Of a stretch of 64,000 bases of DNA, positions 25,860 to 38,686 are shown piece by piece. A program made the position numbers and the translations under genes. The notes beneath the pieces are model-generated. The model worked only from the letters and a program-made list of their open reading frames with translations, was not told where the DNA came from and searched no databases. Where the stretch lies: contig NMRA01000017.1 in the NCBI GenBank assembly GCA_002633005.1, positions 1,506,944 through 1,570,943 of the forward strand, given 5' to 3'. This stretch comes from Phoronis australis (taxonomy: Eukaryota > Animalia > Phoronida). Within the stretch, counting starts at the first letter, position 1. Every line of letters begins with the position of its first letter.

Positions 25860-26335
25860 AGGCCACATGAGAATGATACTGAAATCACATACAAATAAGG
25901 CAACATGAGTACGGGACACTGAAATAACATACAATATGTACTTATGTTGGCCATTCACCACACGAAACTGAAATCAAACACGAAATATAGGCAACATGAG
26001 TAAGACACTAAATTCACATACAATATGTAGTTATAAGGCCACATGAGTATAAAATACTGAAATCACATACAATATGTAGCTATAGACCACATGAGTACGA
26101 TACTGAAATCACATACAATATGTAGCTATAGACCACATGAGTACGATACTGAAATCACATACAATATGTAGGTATAGACCACATGAGTACGATACTGAAA
26201 TCACATACAATATGTAGCTATAGACCACATGAGTACGATACTGAAATCACATACAATATGTAGCTATAGACCACATGAGTATGATACTGAAATCACATAC
26301 AATAGGCCACATGAGTAAGATACTGAAATCACAGA
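25860..26335. repeat. 46-bp minisatellite, about 10 copies with degenerate edges
   Basis: Unit gaccacatgagtacgatactgaaatcacatacaatatgtagctata; starts at 26085 and 26131 are 46 bp apart. Confidence 0.95.
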
Positions 26336-26505
26336 AGTCATGTAGATGCTGGAGACGAGGTAAAACGGCTATACTGCACAGAACATAAGTTAGGATTTAG
26401 AAAATGCACATACAAAGTAAAATTAAGGTCGTCTGCCAGTTTTTATTAACTCATGTTACTACAGTTGTTCTTAAAGCTTGAAAGTATTTTTGTCTTGGCA
26501 TTCAC

Positions 26506-26627
26506 TTTTCAAGCAAATAATCAGCTGATTTCTCGTCATTACTACAGTTGTAGAATACAACAAAAGTCCCTCCCGTTAGTACTATGAATGCATGTTTCTG
26601 TTGCGGCTTTGTCAAAGGTATAATCAT
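26506..26627 (-). CDS. Candidate exon supplying the first ZP-N cysteine (acceptor at 26627, phase 0, or at 26581, phase 1)
   Basis: ...LTGGTFVVFYNCSNDEKSADYLLE(K), donor AA|gtgaat; phase 2 matches the exon ending at 25820. Confidence 0.55.
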
Positions 26628-29253
26628 CTGTTGCAAGTTTTACCAGTATATCAAGCATGCATAACTAACTACAAAGTGTACATACGACTCATGTGCAGAA
26701 TTTCTGGCTTACACTGGTCACAGCTCAAATTCCCTTAGCCCCAGACAACTTTTATGATGCCTATTCGGCACGCCCTTCATATTGATGTAGATCTGAGCTA
26801 GTGAAGTGAAAAGGTAGTAGCTAGCAATTAAGCACTACTTCCTTAACAAAAGCGGTCGTTATTACACCCAAATTGTTTTTCTCTTGCAATGTAGAGAGCA
26901 GTTTTAACTTCAATGGTACATTTTAAATGTTACAAAAAGACTAAAAAGTTAATTTGCGTTGAAATTGACAAAGGGCCACTTCCCAAAGGAACGTTGGTTT
27001 TAAATATGTTTCATACCTGTTTTCAATACTTTATTTTAATACTCCTACTTGTTTTTTCTCTTACCGGTTAGGGTTGCTATCTTTTTATTTTGTGTTTAAA
27101 CGAAGTATCAGAACCCACCCCGGAATTTTCCAGATTACAGCAACACCAAACATGCCACAGCAAACAAAACTACACATGCCATTAGTTCAAGTTCAATCTT
27201 TATTAGAACTCAAATCATAAAATATATTCAGAAGAGCAAATAATGGTGATATCCAAACTGAAAATTTGGAACCTCTGGACCATTGTGGTTGCAGTAACTA
27301 GTTTACTGCTCTAGCTTTCCTTCAGTCATAACAATGGAATCACAGCTCTTGCCCACCGACCAACCTCATCCACTGCTTGCACTCTCTCGTTGACTACAAA
27401 GCTAGCCATCTTAGTTGTCTTCACAGGTGTTCCATTACATCTACAAGCTAACTATAAAAATTGGCACATTTCTGCGAATAACAGTTTTCAGGTTAGTGTA
27501 TTACTCCTGGAGTAAAGTAGTTTGGCATGCACTGGGCCCTAAACAATGTTTTAAGTTATTGACATCTAATAGCGGAGTTGCAACTGAATCGATTTAACGA
27601 TTGCGCCTGTCCAGAAATTAGGGTGCTCAAAGGCTATTGGGATTGATTAGGGTATGTGGAATGGCCGATTGGTTTGCACGACGTGTGATTTGTGTGCATT
27701 AAACTACACTGCTGTATGTAATTCTGTCGCTCTTCGCCCTAATAAGCAGCCCTGCCCCAATAAGTGCCCTAACGCGTTTTCAGACTTCGCTAAAGTAAGC
27801 GCTCAGCCCATGAACTGCATGCGAAAAATGATTTATCTACAGTTCTAACACAAAGTTGGAGCATTAACGAACTAATGCTTGATGCACTAGGTGAATATCG
27901 CAAATTTAAAAACCTTGTACCTAGTAGATATAGCTGCCATCATGGTTTCTTCAATCATGACATCTCAATTTTATCAACTAAAGGTTACAGTTGTCAATAT
28001 AAGTGGAGACAGCAGCATGATGAGACTGGACTTCCTCTCTGAGTTTGGTAGGCTCATGTTATGAACTAATGTCGCCCGGCTTCATTGAAACACTCATTCT
28101 ACTAATTTTTGTGTAACCATTGAGCAAAATTGTCGTTATTTTAAACAAATATCCACAAGTCGTTTTTGAAGCATCGAAATGGACCCAGAAATAATAAGTT
28201 ATTCTAGCTTTCAATCCGAGTCCTCAGCTCCAACACTGACTGCATGTCCAAAAACACATAGGGGTTACAAACAATATGAATCTCTACAACCAGCGTAATT
28301 GATATGGCCTCAAAAGCCATCATTTAAGGACAATCTTATGTAACCAGTCTGATGATGACTCCAGGTTTCACACAACACTGTGAGCGTCAACATTTGATAA
28401 CCTCATGGGAACTATCATGGACACATGGTTGCAGATTCATCTCACTATAAATGTTACCATCAAGTCTTATTGTTGTTACATGTTGAAAACTATGACAAAA
28501 CAAGCTTGAATTCATCTGTTAAGCACTTAGTTGATAGGAAGATGTAAAGTATAAAGTTACACACCTTTGTTCAAAACATCTTGACGAGTACTCTCTCTGG
28601 CTCTGTCTGTGTTACACATAACAAATTCTTCAGCATTGTTGGCAAGTTGCGCACATGTCTGCCAAACACACGATTTCTAAAATAGTAATAATAAAATTTG
28701 TAGTTTCCTCGTTGGTAGTTTTTATATATCAAGTAGCCTTTAGCATCATAAATTGAATGAAATATATTGAAATAGAAAAGAAAACACATTTTTCTGACCG
28801 TGCATGTGCACTTTAATCTAAGCTCTTAAACCTAAGGTTGCCGGTAAAACAGATTAACAAGTTAATCACTATATTTGGCAAACACAGGTTTTGGGCACAA
28901 GTAGACGAGAAAGCGTGTACTGTTTACCCCAGTACCCAGCGAATTCCTTGGCACATCAATGACTTGAGAGCGACGTCACAAATTGAAGTGAGCTAGTCGC
29001 TTTCCATGGGCATTGGCCGAATATGTATTGATTGAGATAACTGCGATCATAAACAACTCGCCTAGTATTAAAGTAAAAAAATGAACAATAAGTAAAGCAA
29101 ACGACCAACATGACTTTTCAAAATTGAAAGTAAATATTAGACGTCTTTGAATTTTAAAATTGATACACCGTAAGAGAAACAAGAGACTAGGATTCCTTCA
29201 GCACTTTGGGTAAACCATGCATGTTAACTTGTGAATCAATTAGGACAGGTTTA

Positions 29254-31642
29254 CCGTAAACGTTCAGGTTAACGCCCATGTTCAATTAACCGCCCACCCC
29301 CTACTTAAGGTGGATTTTCGATTTAACCGCCCACTGCTCAGTTAAGCACCCCCTGCAATTTTTGAAGATTTCCAGTTAAGCGCCCACCTCTCGGTTAAGC
29401 GCCCATCCCCAACTTTTCAAGAAAGAAGATTTAGCGCCCAGTGCTAAGGAAACGCGCGATTCCCCGACTTTTAGAAAAAGATTGATGATCACAATGAGCG
29501 CAACGACGCCGGGCTTCCCAGACAGTGGTTTAGCAATGTGAATTACAATACAAGTAACGAGTTATTGTCTAGGGTCATGGACTCATTTCAAAATATAATA
29601 CTTGAGCGTTTTTGTCACTTTATTTTCTTCCCATATTTGCAAAGTTGAAGAACGCCGCCGGCGTAAAAACCTCCGTTTTCAGTGACTCTGTCTGCCGCGC
29701 TGAGTTTCCGTCTGCAGTGCACTAGATAAATCATATATTCGAAAAAATAAGGCCAGAGAAACGTGACAATGGTTTTGCCAACCCTCCAAATTTTATTAAG
29801 GTGGGAAGCTCTCGTACTTTGAGCAAATCTCACAATTCATGAAAAGATGTCAAATTCTCAATATTTTGATGAATGTAACTTCCGCGGTGTGTGGCGACCG
29901 AAGAGACAGTACAAGTGCCTTAATGGGTTACCAATTTTGTTGCTGCCTATTGATTTCTGAATTCAAAGGTTGGCAATAATGTATGTTTGTAATATATGAT
30001 CTTGAGGTAATAAAAAAACTGCTAGTCAAATTTTGTTTTCCGCTTATTGCATCTCAGTCAAACTGGCATTAGCAGATTTAACTAATGTTGCTGGCTGTTC
30101 TTTACTATTTCTCGCACCAGCCGCCACGTAGGCCTATAAGCGTGACTGTATGAATTCAGTTATCGTTTCCATATCCCCTTTTTCGCCATCCAGAATAGTT
30201 TTGCTTATACATTGGCCAGTTTCAGCCTGAACAAAAATTCTTACCATTCAAGTCTGAAATATCCACGACGTAGACTGAAAATTGACGATAGTGGGTAGGA
30301 GATGCACGCAGCTACCTACGGGCATGGGCTTAGGGAGCATCGAGCCGGGAAATATCGGAATAGACTTGACATCGCAGTTTTGGGGAACATTGGCAACGGA
30401 GGAATATCGTAAAGAACTGGATCTTTCATAACAACAGGTTAAAAGTACATAGTCACGCCCGTTTCTTGTTATTTAGGGCTATTCTCTTTTGATGTGAGAC
30501 TTTGTAGACATTTTGGTGCACGTGCGCAAGGTCCCACAGTTTGCAGTGCATGTTACCTTGACACCTACATGTGATTGACAGGTGACTCACACGTAGGCAC
30601 ATATATTGAAAGAGGCCGTTATATCACATGACGGCATTTCCAAGTCACGATTATCAGCCGACTGAGACATTACGCGCTAACAGCGGGACCAAACAGTGCC
30701 GCAGTGCAATATTGCAAGTGATATGAATAGCATAATCTGGACACCTTGCATGAAAAATAAATGTTTTTCCACCACGAAGTTTGGTAAGGTAATCGTTTAA
30801 GAATGAATTGAAACATCGCTGTTGTGGCGTTTTATCACATATTTATCTCTTGGCTCAAAATTTTATTTTTGATTGACGAGTGGCTCACGGCCGCTTAACC
30901 CCGATTCTTGTCTTAGGCCTAGTTCTTTGCCGAGCATGTTCGGCACAACGGCAAGCGAGCAATGCCGGGCGGTCGAGATAAAACAGCTAGCCGCAGAACT
31001 ATATGCTGAAAATGCCATTGAATCACGGCGTTTCGACTACAAACATCCTAAACACAAAAAACATCTGAATTAAGTTTTTCAAACTTTTCTTACAACTAAT
31101 TATAAAACTGCTCTCAGACTATGAACTTGGCAGCTCAGTACGAGAATGTAACCATAAATTGATGTCTGCTGTGACCTCTTCAACACGTGAATCTTGCACG
31201 CACGCACTTTAACAAGGTCACATCTTGAAATAGATGCAATTCAAGTAGAGGCTGCGTGATTGTCTGCTCTCTTGAGGGCAAAGTAACAAGACCGCATTAC
31301 GCCATGGGGCTATTACTTAGCAATTCTGTAAATTTAATAGTGAATAACTAATCTGAGGGCAAGGGAATCTTTGTTGGGATCATCCGCTATTATGACATTT
31401 TTGCCGTCATGTGGCGACAGGACAATAACGCTCTTTGAAAAGTGCTACGTGTTCCGAGTACGAGGTAAGATTAACCGCCCAGGGCGGTTGCTTGTCGTAA
31501 TAAGCGCCCATGTTCGGTTAACCGCCCACCCTGGATTTCTTGAAATTTCACGGTTAAGCGCCCACGTCTGGTTAACCGCCCACCCCCGATTTTTTGGGTT
31601 TCCCAATTTAACCGCCCAGGGTGTTAACCCGAACGTTTATGG
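29254..31642. mobile_element. Non-autonomous pogo/Tc1-mariner-like DNA transposon
   Basis: TA|CCGTAAACGTTCAGGTTAACGCCC...GGGTGTTAACCCGAACGTTTATGG|TA; subterminal ttaaccgcccac/ttaagcgcccac repeats; no transposase ORF. Confidence 0.85.
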
Positions 31643-31799
31643 TAAGTTACAGTCTGGTTAATTTAGCTTGCTCAAGCATCGTGTAAACAAAACCACAAAT
31701 TTTAGCATAGGAGTTGCCTCATTGTGTTCTTTCATTTCTCATATACTATTTTTATTCACTTTATATTTTGAAAAGATTCTAAGGGTTTCAACGCTAGTA

Positions 31800-33135
31800 C
31801 CGTATTCACCCTAATAAGCGCCCATGTCCCTATAAATGCCCCACTTGTGTTTTCACTTTGCTAAAGTAAGCGCCATAAACGCTGCCGTACATGCAAAAAA
31901 TGCCTTACCTACAGTTCTAAAATTCTAGAATGTCTTCAATTTATCAATAAGATCCGACAGTTCTGAAAAAATCACTGTGCGCAGAATTTATTGACCACGA
32001 GCTGAGCCGCTATGTCGGTATTAGTTGTGACAACACTTCAAACTTCTGCTTCAAAAAGAATACAAAAGTATTGCTGATCTTGCGAGGGACGTGTCCTGTT
32101 ACGTATGGCCTTTCAGAACAGATGCAGTGTACTTGTCGACGGGATTGTATTGTATCTTTCCAGTACAGAAAATCTCCCTCAACAGGAATCCAAATTCTTT
32201 TGTATACATGAAAACCACGAATCGAAGACTAATAAAAACTTAACCTTTGTTAAAAGTACATGGCCAAGAAGCACGCGCTACATACAAGTACACGTCATCG
32301 AAGATTAGTCTTTGGGAACTATCTATTCATGAAACTGGTAGCATAGCATCAGCAAGAAATAAATACTGGCACTTATTTCCGACAGTTTCTAATACCGTGA
32401 AAAACGTTTGTGTTATTTTTAGGAGTAATTATTAAATTAATCGTAATTGATGTATTTAAAATCAAAATGACTGATAGTGATCACTTCCGCACTCTTACAT
32501 CCCCCAAACCTCCCAATCGTTACATCGCGTTTACTCTGGTAGATGAACTCTGATGACACGCACACGCTCGTTCACTCACACATGCAAACGAACTTCAAAC
32601 AAACATCATGCGACAACATCTGTGTTCATCCAGAGATTTTTCTCGAGATGCGGAGTACGACCTAGCGCAGATTTGGACTTAACATGCAGTAAATCCCGAT
32701 TCGACAGGAACTTAAAAATGTTAGGGACGTTATTATAAAAACTTAAGGAGAACTTCAATTAGATATTTAGTTGAGCTGAAACTGTAATTTAACTCAAGAA
32801 TTCAAGTTGACCTATCGGCGATCGCGAGGCAGCGACGCATCAGTCGGCGGGTTTTCGCACTGGGATTTTCTGAAAACTGTAGAGGCCGATCCACCGGGGA
32901 GGGCGGTAATACTCGTAATTTAACAACAAAGTTTGATAGCAATAGACTGCAATTTTGTAGAAAAGTCTTTTATCATAGGTTACAGATGCATCAAAGAGCG
33001 TAAATTTGATTAATTCTATCTTACGATTTCACCTGTTTCGGAGACCGGGTTTCAACCACTTTGGGCTGTAATAAGCAAACCCCTCCCCGAAGTGAATTTT
33101 CTAAGAGCCCTACGCGCTTATTAGGGTGAATACGG
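31800..33135. mobile_element. Non-autonomous pogo/Tc1-mariner-like DNA transposon
   Basis: TA|CCGTATTCACCCTAATAAGCGC...GCGCTTATTAGGGTGAATACGG|TA; perfect 22-bp TIR and TA TSD. Confidence 0.9.
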
Positions 33136-33270
33136 TAATTGAACTTGTGATTTCCAATATACCTAATGTGATATTATCAACAAATAGTGTGAAGCATTTC
33201 CAGAGCAACAGCCAGGGTGTAAACATCACAGCAAAATCCATGCCTCCAACTCTAGACTAACAACACATTA

Positions 33271-34594
33271 TCACGCATTTTTGTCCGACTGGTCAGCAAG
33301 GAGTCGACGACCGCAATGCTGACTTGGTGACCCCTCAGCTGACCCACCTTGATTGCCGACCGGCCATCAGCCAACCCGGTGATCAGCTGCTATTTTCAGG
33401 CTAGAGTATCAGTTGCGTATAGGTTGTCAGGCCAATGCCACCGTTACGTGTCGATGCACATTGATCTCCGCACAGAGTCAATAGTTTTAATGTGTCACTG
33501 TTACATGAGAGCACAGAAGTATTGTAACACCACTCATTCGAAGGTTGAAGACGAGAGATAATATTGAAGATTGGATTATGGACAATGCAATCAGTTTTGA
33601 ATAACAAAACATGAAAGCTTTTATCACATTTGATCTTTGACTTGTGACAATACCAAGTTCCATTACATTGCCAGGCTGCTTCCCGGTCAACTCAATGCCC
33701 TAATCATGTTGAAAACGCAGCCATTTTTGACGAAGTCTCTGTCCTAACTTATTTTGGTTTTACTACGTGTTGGAAGGAATTAAAACAAAGACCAGAGAAA
33801 GTCGATAAATTGCGGGTTCATTAGAGTTGACACTATAGACAACGAAGAACAATTTGATGCCTTGTTTGTTTAAAGTTCATTCGCTAAGACATACAAGAGC
33901 AACGCAGAGCGTTGAAATGAGCCCACGAATGCATCACAAATGGTGTGCTTTTAAGGTTATTTATTTGTATCACAAAAATGGCCACTAGATGGCGCAAAAA
34001 TGTTCAATCTACCCAAAAATGGGAACATGCCATATTTCAAAAAATCTATCACGGAACTTCAGAGAAACAAAGGAAAACGGAACAAAATAAAATTGCCACT
34101 TAGGTGGCGCAAACTACATTGATTCCATCTGAAAACGGCATGACAGCGTCATCTCACTAATAGATGCCTATAAGCCAAATTTTATGAAAATTCGTTTAGG
34201 AATTTTGAAGATACAGAGGTATACGTAAAAAACTAAAATTGCCACTAGGGGGCGCACCGGTAGTCGGATCCGTCCGAAATTTCGCTCATGCCGTTCCATC
34301 CATGGAAGGAACACGTGTGTAGCAAAATTTCATGAATATACGTCAAGGCGTTTTGGAGATAGAGCTGCGGGCGCCGGCCGGCCGGAGATGACGTCATAAA
34401 AATGGTAATTGCCGACTGAGGTTACGCTTAATTTGAATTGGTCTCTTAAGCTAGGTGACCAGTTTGCCGACCCAACTGTCGACCATAGAGGCTACTCAGC
34501 TGACGACTCCAAGCAGACCATAGCCGGTCAGGTGCAGGTCGGCTAGAAGACCGGTCGTTGACCAATTTCCGACCAGTTGGACAAAACTTCGTGA
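33271..34594. mobile_element. Old TIR element with CACG termini (CACTA/Chapaev-like?), containing a HINE
   Basis: tcacgcatttttgtccgactggtc...gacgaccg vs cggtcgttgacc...gaccagttggacaaaacttcgtga. Confidence 0.55.
33893..34400 (+). mobile_element. HINE family copy, short
   Basis: ACAAGAGCAACGCAGAGCGTTGAAATG start, two core repeats, ccggccggagatgacgtcataaaa end. Confidence 0.65.
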
Positions 34595-34634
34595 TGTGTG
34601 CTGTAACAGAGTGTATTTTTTGGGTTTGACCCAC

Positions 34635-34763
34635 CTCTAAACTGAGCACTGCATCCACCACTACCACAGTGTAGACGGTAGGGCTTATAGTATATATTGT
34701 CTCTGCAGCCCGCTTTTTCCTTCTTCTCATAGGTCCTTTATCCAGGTGACGAGTGTTGCAAAC
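34635..34763 (-). CDS. Giant FN3-like protein: exon with polybasic furin site (last securely linked exon)
   Basis: tgttgtag|GTT...GAG|gtgggt; VCNTRHLDKGPMRRRKKRAAETIYTISPTVYTVVVVDAVLSLE; phase 0 to 0. Confidence 0.82.
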
Positions 34764-35116
34764 CTACAACAGATTACTATTTATTTAGCAGCTGACCTTC
34801 TTGAGCATATGAAGCATGCCACTGACACCTGTTCAATGAAATTTTGGTTCCTTTTAAAAATTGGTTGAAACTTGTTTATTGAAATTCAACCAAGTATGCA
34901 TGATCACCTTCCACACTGTACTTAATAATCAGAGAGTTTTTAAATCACATCAATGCGGACCACTAAATATTGCTTACCTTGCGTCCTTGTTGCAGGTACT
35001 TCGCAGCCTGCTGTCATATGCAAGTCCATTATTGGATTAAAAAATTCTCCGATTGTATCTATAATATCAATGTCTGACAACTTGCAGCAAGGTATAACAT
35101 GTCATATTTTTCTCAC

Positions 35117-35217
35117 CTGAACAGTCAAGATGCTGTTTTCCCAATCTATGTTCTCATCTGTGGCAAAATCATTGCATGTATTACAAGACTCGCACATTTC
35201 TCTCCAGACGTCTTCAT
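35117..35217 (-). CDS. Giant FN3-like protein exon
   Basis: attgcag|AT...CAG|gtgaga; (D)EDVWREMCESCNTCNDFATDENIDWENSILTVQ; phase 1 to 0. Confidence 0.85.
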
Positions 35218-36703
35218 CTGCAATTCAAGAAAACATCATGTAAATCAATGAGGCATCCTTATGGATATTTGGTTCAACAGGCAAATACAACATCATGTGA
35301 ATGAAACGTGAACATTATAGTCATATAGACATCACTCAAATAAAAAAGACACCACTCTGTAAACCATGAAACTGGTACAGAAACATTATGGTAGACTACG
35401 GATGAGAATAGTTTCTGTCTGAACACTGCTCTATGTACTCATTAAGTGCTTAGGACATCTACCAGCAAAACTATTCACTTCTCTCACACAACAGATTTTG
35501 TGCTACCCCCGTTTGACCCAGAGGAGCAATTACATCATACTGATAGGACGAGGGAGGTCTATTCAGAGGGGGAATCCCACAATTGTTTACATCATTTTGG
35601 CATAGCTACTGTAGTTATTCCAAATTTCTCCAAACGTTTTGCCCAGCACATGAAATCTAAAAAGTCTATCACAAACAATGGAAGCTTACTAACTCAAGCT
35701 TGTCGCTCAGTCAGTGTACCATGGCTTGGTCAGATTCGATAGATTCTGCAGGCGTCAATTGGATCAGAAGAATATGAAGCCATATAGCTGGCAAGTGTAA
35801 AATCATGCACTAATTCCAGTTTGTTGTCATTGGTTTCATCACTCAATTCAAACTGTGAAAGCCCCAAAATTCCCGGTAAAAGTTGCAGGTGTGGTCACTC
35901 CTTATAATCACCATGCGCTTGCAACAATTGAGACACTGATCACTAGTTGTTTGATTCAGCCAATACAAAGAGTTGGCAATATCGTGCAAGATTAAGTTAC
36001 CAAGAATAACAAACAATCCAAACACCAATATTTTCTTCGTCTCAACCCACCAAAATCACATGACAGTTGGAATAACTGACAATCAACTCATGCCTGCAAC
36101 ACAGTTTAGGTCACCGAAGGTACTAAACTGCACACTCCACTCCACATTTGACCACAACATATTTCTTTCAACCAAATGACAAAAACAATCTTCTAAGGGT
36201 ACTCGAAACATGGTCAGTTGTAGTCTAGAATTTCTGATTATCACATCATAGTGACTTATCTGTGAGGAATTATCAATACATGCCTACAATCAACATGGTT
36301 TGTATGCATTTTATGTTTCAATGACATAAGAATAAAAATACAAATAGTAATAAATACAGAGAAATAAAAGAAAACAAAAAACACAAGAAAACATTATATA
36401 AGTAAATGTGCAAGACACATATCACACAAAAAATCAAATACTTATTTCCATTATGGTCCGTATCACTATGACCTCCACAGTCGACGAACGGGGGAAGCAC
36501 TTGGGCAATAAAGTTTGAAAACACTTCATAGTTGACAATCAGCAGTCAACATCTAGGTGAAAAGATTCGGAATTTGGAAATTTCTTCATAATTATCTATA
36601 CTATTAGAGAAATTAACACTATTATTTTAACTGTAATATAATACACCATTGAATCAAAATGAAAAGTAACTAATTAAAGTATTCTATTGTCAGATAACAG
36701 TAC

Positions 36704-36849
36704 CTGGGTCATAAAACATAATGACTGGAATCTCTCCTTTTCCCAGCTTGCTCTTGTTAAATGGCATCCGGAACTCCATTGGTTGATTGACTTGAGTGGC
36801 ACCATCTGTTGGAGCCACAAAAAATGTCTCATTGGTCATTTCCTTGATT
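36704..36849 (-). CDS. Giant FN3-like protein exon
   Basis: tattgtag|A...G|gtactg; (R)IKEMTNETFFVAPTDGATQVNQPMEFRMPFNKSKLGKGEIPVIMFYDP; phase 2 to 1. Confidence 0.87.
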
Positions 36850-37254
36850 CTACAATAAAATCAACAAAATTTGCATTATCAAAGGAAGAGTGCATGTGAC
36901 AGATAAAGGTAAAAAATCTTCAAATTTTGACAAAAACAACATTGGTGATATTAGGATTACACAAAACATGTTAAAACAAGCTGAAGTTCACAATAATTAC
37001 GCCAGAAGAATTTTTATTGTAGATTAAAACCACATTACATATGCTCTACCAACTGAAATCAACACAACAATAAAAAGTTTATTTGTGGTCTTAGGATTTA
37101 TAGAAATATGCACGCTTATAAAACACTTTAACTTTCAGAATCAAAAAGTTCAGCTTTTCGTTTTCTTTTGTTTTTTTGGAAACAAGGCTACACATCAATG
37201 TAATGAACCATCTTAAAAACATCCTCATTTTTCAAACAAAACTTTTCGAGATTA

Positions 37255-37700
37255 AGTTGGTCGGATTACGTAATAAAGTGCAATGCGAAAGATTTGGTCT
37301 GGACTAAATCTGCTTGACCACCTTAACTTATCTCCCCAATTCATGCGAGTGCAGAGTTCTTCCCGCCAGGTTATTAGCAACGATACTGATAATGCCCATT
37401 GAAAAGCCAGAGAATTGTCATGATTTACGATGCACCTTCATTGGTGAGTGATGCCTAATTGCTGGAGTGTTTCATTTCATGATGCCGACGGACTAACCGT
37501 TCCCAGGTTGTCCGACAATGCCCACTGAGACACAGATGATAATTCTGGGGAGCGCGCATTAACCCCGTAGTGTCTTGCTAAAAAAATCAAGATTTCGCCA
37601 CATCATGTCGCCACGTGTTTTTGACGGACCACGTGATTTTGGATGAATTTTTCGCCACAAGTTAGATACTGAACGCTGCCTATAAATATCATGTGACAAA
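37255..37700. repeat. Dispersed repeat shared with 49820-49990, 50430-50615 and more weakly 57300-57420
   Basis: ttagcaacgatactgata...ttgtcatgattt; cacgtgattttggatgaatt. Confidence 0.65.
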
Positions 37701-38535
37701 TCTTCGGCTTTTTCATTAATAAAACGCACTCTTCAACTGAACTGCTACTGCTTAATAACCCAAAATTTACGTTCACATGGAGTCTCCCGAAGATAACACA
37801 TAACGTTGGGATGTAAATAGCCTGCCGTCGTGCCCACAGTTGCTAATTTTGTCCTCCAGATTCGTCATCTGCCCTCCCACTCAGCGAGCATGCCGGCGTT
37901 TGGCTATTTTATTGGCTTACCACCATTTTGCGTTCTCGTTGTTGTTGCCTTTTCTGTCTACTAACTGTTCACAGTAACAATTTTAAAGTTAACATGCCAC
38001 AGTAGTGAAATCTAGTGTTTAGTACGATGAAGCTAAAGTTAGGACAGTGGAATGTTAATCTGGTCTGGTGAGAAAGGTGACATTTTGGTGCGGTAGGTGA
38101 TCACGCTGATCTAAAATACGTTTCGATCACAAAGTCGTCCAGAAAAACACTAATGCGAAAAAGCAGTTTAATTCATAATGTCACAGTCCATTCAGTTCTC
38201 ACCACAGGAGGTGCATTACTACCCTTATTCTATCACATAAATGTTGTTCTTTATAAAATCGGAATGTAATTAAGATTTATTGTTGAAACAAGATAAATAT
38301 TGAGTTGTGTAACAAAACATGCAACTATTATACTTCTTTTAAGTAAATGTATGGTTTCATGAGTTAAAATTAAGAAGCAATGTGACCTTGGTAATGATGT
38401 AACTAGACAGATACATTTGCTTTCTGATACAAAACAATTTACAGTAAAGTGCATTATTGCACACGCATGCATACACGTATACGCAAAAAGAAGGATCAAG
38501 TGAGAAAAATACCTATAAAACCAAGTTTTAAGTAC

Positions 38536-38686
38536 CTATTCCTAAGACGTCTTGATACTTTTCCATCATCTTTGCTTGATTCAGGGTCCTTTATATATGA
38601 GTTAAATTCACTGGATGCCGCTGAACCATAGCGTGCTTTAAGGTCGTGTTTACTCAATTTTCCAGCCATAACCGATGAATTAGAAC
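38536..38686 (-). CDS. Giant FN3-like protein exon
   Basis: gttgtag|GT...AG|gtactt; (G)SNSSVMAGKLSKHDLKARYGSAASSEFNSYIKDPESSKDDGKVSRRLRN(R); phase 1 to 2. Confidence 0.87.

Noticed and set aside
25860-26335. Regular repeat array as CRISPR
   Set aside because: Units are head-to-tail with no unique spacers, there are no cas genes, and the context is a eukaryotic intron; it is a minisatellite
26625-26665. EGF-like tail 'YTGKTCN' on the minus strand
   Set aside because: Bounded by stops on both sides with no usable splice sites; probably chance
34446-34634. Read-through of the RRRKKR exon as the protein C-terminus
   Set aside because: The frame runs straight into a transposon inverted repeat and a plausible donor (GAG|gtgggt) precedes it; not fully excluded without RNA data
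34978-35058. Extra minus-strand exon (TIGEFFNPIMDLHMTAGCEVPATRTQ) with a strong AAG|gtaagc donor
   Set aside because: Phase 1 to 1 is incompatible with the flanking phase-0 junctions, which already join in frame
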